DNA of 37,307 nucleotides from Archangium sp. (lineage in GTDB: Bacteria > Myxococcota > Myxococcia > Myxococcales > Myxococcaceae). The position numbers and the translations under genes are program-made. Numbering within the stretch: position 1 is the stretch's first letter; each line of letters begins with the position of its first letter. The stretch lies in assembly GCA_044371205.1 (NCBI GenBank), contig JBILUC010000063.1, positions 1 through 37,307 on the forward strand, given 5' to 3'. The notes beneath the pieces were generated by a model. That model saw only the letters and a list, made by a program, of their open reading frames with translations, had not been told where the DNA came from and made no database searches. This document shows, piece by piece, positions 33,928 through 37,307 of this stretch.

Positions 33928-34751
33928 ATGGCGAAGAAGAAGCAGGTCGAGGTCACCCCCGGCTTGAACCTGAGCTCTCGCGACGACGGGCTCGCCATCA
34001 ACCAACGCCGCTTCTTCGACGAAGGGCTGCCGCCAGAGGTGCGGCTCGACGCCTTCGAAGCCTTCGATGCGTCGGCGTACGACGCAGGCACGCTCGAGTG
34101 GGCGCGCGGCTCGTGGGAACTGCGCACGCTCGACGAGTACCGCTCGCACAGGTGGGCTTCACCGAGTTCCTGTTCGAGCTGACCGAGCTGGGCTGCGCGT
34201 TCGACACCCTCACCGCGGCGGTGCGCGTGGTGCGCGACGAGGCGCGGCACGTCGAGTTGGCGCGTCGGCTGGTGAAGGCGCTCGGCGGCACCGACTTCAT
34301 CCCCGGTGAGCCGAAGTGGGTGCGGTCTGATCAACACGAGTCGCTGCGGGTGCGCGCGGTCGAGACGCTCACCGGGAGCCTCTGCATCGGAGAGACGCTC
34401 AGCACCGCGCTGCTCGCCGCGACGCGCGACGTGACCGAAGACCCGCTCGCGAAGGGCGTGGTCACCGCGCTCACCCGCGACGAGTCGTTTCACAGCCAGT
34501 TCGGGTGGACGTTGCTCAGCCAGTTCTGGCCGGTGCTCACCGCGACCGAGAAGCGCATCGTGCAGAAACGCATTCGCATGGACCTCGAGTCGGCAGAGGA
34601 AGCGGTGTTCGAGAACTGCGACGACGACGACCGCGCCGTGCCGCGCAACCCCTTCGATCATCTCAAGAACGCCGAGCGCACCCGCGTGTACGAGAAGTCA
34701 CTCGAGCGCGACGTGTTGCGCCGCTTTCGCGCGCTGGGCGTTCGTCTCTGA
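33928..34751 (+). pseudogene. Ferritin-like diiron-fold protein with two ExxH motifs. An apparent frameshift lies near 34140-34150; this is a possible pseudogene or an assembly indel.
   Basis: The N-terminus MAKKKQVEVTPGLNLSSRDDGLAINQRRFFDEGLPPEV...WELRTLDEY is in the frame of ORF 33928..34182. The continuation AQVGFTEFLFELTELGCAFDTLTAAVRVVRDEARHVELARRLV ... TRDESFHSQFGW is in the frame of ORF 33912..34751. Confidence 0.55.
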
Positions 34752-34759
34752 CCACCCGC

Positions 34760-36541
34760 TCACGACGGCAACACCCGCTCGTCGAGCATGCGGAAGAGCA
34801 GCTCGGCGTCGAAGGGCTTCTGCAGCTGCACGTTGGGCAGGCTGGCGAGGAACTTTCGCGTCGGCTCGGTGGTGGCGCCGCCCGAGATGAAGACCAGCTG
34901 TGCCGCCACCTTCGGTGAGAAGCGGCGCAGTTCCTCGTACAGGGTAAGCCCGTTCATCTCGGGCATCATCACGTCGCAGAGAATGAGGTCCCACGTGATG
35001 GGCTTGCGGAGCTCGGCGAGCCCGACGAGGCCGTTGCTCGCCACCGACACGTCGCAGCGCGCGCTGAGCAGGCGCGTGAGGCTGCGACAGAACGCCACGT
35101 CGTCGTCGATGAGCAACACCTTCGCGCGCGTGAAGACGGGGCTGGTGCGCGGCGCCGAGGCCGGCTTCGCCGCAGGCAGCTCGAGGTGAAAGGTGGTGCC
35201 CTTGCCGAGCTGCGTCTCGACGGTGAGGGCGCCGCCGTGGTCGTGCACGATGCGCTCGCACATCGCCAGGCCCAGGCCCATGCCCCCGCTCCCTTCGTGG
35301 GTGCTGAAGAACGGGTCGAAGATGTGCGGCAGCACGTCAGGCTCGATGCCAGCGCCGGTGTCGCTCACCAGCACGTTCACCTTGTCGCTCGCGAAGCGGG
35401 TGGTGATGCGAATCTCGTTCTGGTCGGGGCCGCCCGTGGTGGCGCGCGCGGCGTTGAGCAGGAGGTTGGTCAACACCTGACCCAGCCGGGTCGCGACGCC
35501 CAGCACCGGCGGCATCGGCGCGAGGTCGAGCAGCAGCTTCGCCGCAGGCTCGACGGCGGTGCGGGTCAGGCGCACGGCCTCGTCGATGACCACCTTCAGG
35601 TCGATGGGTTGCATCGTGGGCTTGTCGCTGCCATCGCGAATCCAGACCTTCATCTCCGACACCACGGCGCACATGCGGTCGGCCGCGAGGCGCGCGTCGT
35701 CGAGCAGCGGTAGCACCTTCGTGACACCGTCGAGCTCGCGCTCGATCACCGAAAGGGTGCTGAGCAGGGCGGCGAGCGGGTTCGAGAGCTCGTGCGCGAC
35801 GCTCGAGGCCAGGCGACCCATGGTGGCGAGCTGGTCGCTGCGGGTGAGAAGGTTTTCCGCGACCTCGAGCTCTTCTTCGCTCTCGGTGCGATCGGACTCG
35901 GCCGCGGCGCGGTCGGCTTCGGACGCGAAGCGGTCTTTCTCGGACGCCTCGTGGTCCTTCTCGGCGGCCTCGCGGTCGCGGCTGGCGGCGGTGCGATCGC
36001 GCTCGGCGGCGTCGCGGTCTTTCTCGGCGGCGGTGCGGTCGAGCTCGGCGGCTTCGCGGTCTCGCGCCGCGGCCTCGTGGGCCTGCGCCGAGGCCTGGCG
36101 GTCGAGCTCGAGCAGCTCGTTCATCGACTCGCGGTTGAACTCGGTGATGAGCAGCCGTCGGCGCACGGCCTCGTCGCGGGTGCGCGTGGCGCCATCGCGT
36201 GCCACCGCGGCCTGGTCTCGCACGCGCGCGGCGGAGTCACGCACGCGCGCGGCGTCGTCGCGGGTGCGGGCGCCGGCATCGCGAACGAGCGCAGCGTCTG
36301 CGCGAATGCGCGAGGCGAGGGCGCGCACCTCGGCAGCCGATGCGCGGCTCTCGGCGGCGAGGTCTCGCTGATGAGCCGCAAAGCGCCGCGCCTGGAGGCG
36401 TTGCTGACGACGTTTCCAGATGGCGGCGTTGGCCGACGGCCCGGAGACCCTGGAAGCAGTGGTCACGGCAACCTCCTGACTCGCGTGTAGCCCCATTCGC
36501 GCTGGTGCATGTGAACTCATTGGCTGCACCGAACGATCCAC
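34760..36541 (-). CDS. Cytoplasmic hybrid sensor histidine kinase (HisKA + HATPase_c + C-terminal receiver). Its N-terminal region is repetitive, Arg/Asp-rich and coiled-coil.
   Basis: H-box ASSVAHELSNPLAAL. G-boxes VSDTGAGIEPDVLPHIFDPFFSTHEGSGGMGLGLAMC. Receiver KVLLIDDDVAFCRSL...ILCDVMMPEMNG. GTG start at 36539-36541. No TM segment. Confidence 0.85.
   Translation of the reverse strand: MDRSVQPMSSHAPARMGLHASQEVAVTTASRVSGPSANAAIWKRRQQRLQARRFAAHQRDLAAESRASAAEVRALASRIRADAALVRDAGARTRDDAARVRDSAARVRDQAAVARDGATRTRDEAVRRRLLITEFNRESMNELLELDRQASAQAHEAAARDREAAELDRTAAEKDRDAAERDRTAASRDREAAEKDHEASEKDRFASEADRAAAESDRTESEEELEVAENLLTRSDQLATMGRLASSVAHELSNPLAALLSTLSVIERELDGVTKVLPLLDDARLAADRMCAVVSEMKVWIRDGSDKPTMQPIDLKVVIDEAVRLTRTAVEPAAKLLLDLAPMPPVLGVATRLGQVLTNLLLNAARATTGGPDQNEIRITTRFASDKVNVLVSDTGAGIEPDVLPHIFDPFFSTHEGSGGMGLGLAMCERIVHDHGGALTVETQLGKGTTFHLELPAAKPASAPRTSPVFTRAKVLLIDDDVAFCRSLTRLLSARCDVSVASNGLVGLAELRKPITWDLILCDVMMPEMNGLTLYEELRRFSPKVAAQLVFISGGATTEPTRKFLASLPNVQLQKPFDAELLFRMLDERVLPS
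35880..36300. repeat. Imperfect 21-bp periodic repeats (ctcggcggcNNcgcggtc...) encoding heptad-like (D/E)R-x-AA-x-(D/E) repeats in the kinase N-terminus.
   Basis: Directly visible in the DNA and in the translation (AARDREAAELDRTAAEKDRDAAERDRTAASRDREAAEKDHEASEKDRFASEADRAAAESDR). Confidence 0.6.
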
Positions 36542-36646
36542 TCACCTCACGACCCGGCGTTGGCCGACACCCATCAGAATGATGCGCCTGACCCATCGAA
36601 TTGAAGCGGAGACCTTCGGTACTCGAAGAGGTCAGCGCGGGCGCGG

Positions 36647-37231
36647 GTGGTGCAGTGCATGCAAACGACCTCGAGCATGTCGACCACGAGCCGAGACCAC
36701 CCCCCGTTCTTCGCTGCGCCGTCTCCCACCGGTGAGCTGAAGGAGGACCTCGTCGCTGCGCTCGTCGCAGGCCAGCTCGCAGGTGTGGTGATGGCGCTCT
36801 CGCTCATCATCGTGTTCTCCGCAATCTTTGGTCAGCCGTGGTTCTTCCCGGTGCAGGTCATCGGCTCGATGGTGGTGGGCCCGAGCGCGGTCGAGGGGAC
36901 CTTCGTGTGGAGCGCCTTCGCCATCGGCCTCGTCCTGCACCAGATGGTGAGCGCGGTGTGGTCGCTGGCGTTCGGCGTCATCGTGAATCGACTCTCACCG
37001 ACGTACTTCAACGTCGTCTTTTCCGGGCTGACGGTGGGGTTGATCAGCCAGGTGCTCGACACCCGGCTCCTGGTGCCGACGGTGATGCTGTCGGTTCACC
37101 AGGTGAACCTGTGGGCCGAGAACGTGCCGCCCCTGTGGAGCTGGGTGGCGCACCTGCTCTTCGGCTTGAGCCTCACGCTCTTCATCCCCATCTCGCGTCG
37201 AGTGAGCGAGCTCAGTCAGCGCGGGACGTAG
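36647..37231 (+). CDS. Small polytopic membrane protein (about 4-5 TM helices), function unknown.
   Basis: Hydrophobic helices LAGVVMALSLIIVFSAIFG, VIGSMVVGP, AFAIGLVLHQMVSAVWSLAFGVIV, LTVGLISQVL and WVAHLLFGLSLTLFIPI. Which of several N-terminal Met codons is the start is uncertain. Confidence 0.6.
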   Translation: MVQCMQTTSSMSTTSRDHPPFFAAPSPTGELKEDLVAALVAGQLAGVVMALSLIIVFSAIFGQPWFFPVQVIGSMVVGPSAVEGTFVWSAFAIGLVLHQMVSAVWSLAFGVIVNRLSPTYFNVVFSGLTVGLISQVLDTRLLVPTVMLSVHQVNLWAENVPPLWSWVAHLLFGLSLTLFIPISRRVSELSQRGT

Positions 37232-37307
37232 TACCCGACGTCACCGAGCTCTCCGCCGGCTGACTCATTCCGCACCGCGCCCAATGACTTTCATGACTGC
37301 CTTCATC

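Noticed and set aside
35559-36582. ORFs 35559..36371(+), 35792..36490(+) and 36199..36582(+)
   Set aside because: Antisense to the histidine kinase. Ser/Arg/Ala-rich repeats mirror the kinase's RD heptads.
1-37307. Mobile elements, CRISPR arrays, tRNA/rRNA genes
   Set aside because: I scanned the intergenic segments (1800-1998, 4594-4751, 10406-10522, 18595-18773, 24921-25605, 36542-36646). I found no cloverleaf-like tRNA candidates, no direct-repeat/spacer arrays, no transposase-like ORFs and no terminal inverted repeats.

Overview
This window is about 70% GC and is chromosomal DNA that looks myxobacterial. One small ORF has a MYXO-CTERM-like tail (GC-x-C, hydrophobic stretch, Arg cluster). 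Lipoproteins, PEGA repeats, ECF sigma pairs and hybrid histidine kinases are common throughout.

Because of the GC content, the six-frame track is full of long antisense and off-frame ORFs rich in Arg, Ala, Gly and Pro. I chose frames by amino-acid composition, recognisable motifs and third-codon-position GC bias. That rescued one real gene the track omits: a minus-strand lipoprotein that runs off the left edge (1..1799).

I can support about 28 protein-coding loci, grouped as follows:
- A long minus-strand cluster of exported proteins at 4752..13261, whose 12455..13261 member is a frameshifted beta-barrel pseudogene. It contains a frameshifted outer-membrane beta-barrel pseudogene, a Gly-rich beta-barrel, a cytoplasmic Pol-beta-type nucleotidyltransferase, a secreted VIT-vWA protein, a small protein, a HExxH metallopeptidase lipoprotein and an orphan MYXO-CTERM-like ORF.
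- An ECF sigma / anti-sigma / secreted caspase-like (C14) operon. The caspase-like protein has a C-terminal module that looks like a beta-barrel.
- An ATP-grasp protein.
- A small secreted Cys-rich protein translationally coupled to a PEGA-repeat membrane protein.
- A hemolysin-III/PAQR protein.
- A clear bacterial homologue of the eukaryotic major vault protein (22794..24920), followed by a Suv3-like helicase.
- Two co-directional exported or membrane proteins.
- A rhomboid protease overlapping a Zn-ribbon ORF.
- A Lys-rich histone-H1-like protein.
- A ferritin-like diiron protein.
- A hybrid sensor kinase with an RD-heptad repeat N-terminus.
- A small membrane protein.

Four loci show apparent frameshifts or decay (12455..13261, 13414..13702, 25036..25480, 33928..34751). 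These are either real pseudogenes or assembly indels.

I found no rRNA, tRNA, CRISPR array or recognisable IS or transposase. The main hunt results are the MVP homologue and its domain context, the nucleotidyltransferase embedded among secreted proteins, and the sigma-controlled caspase/beta-barrel fusion.
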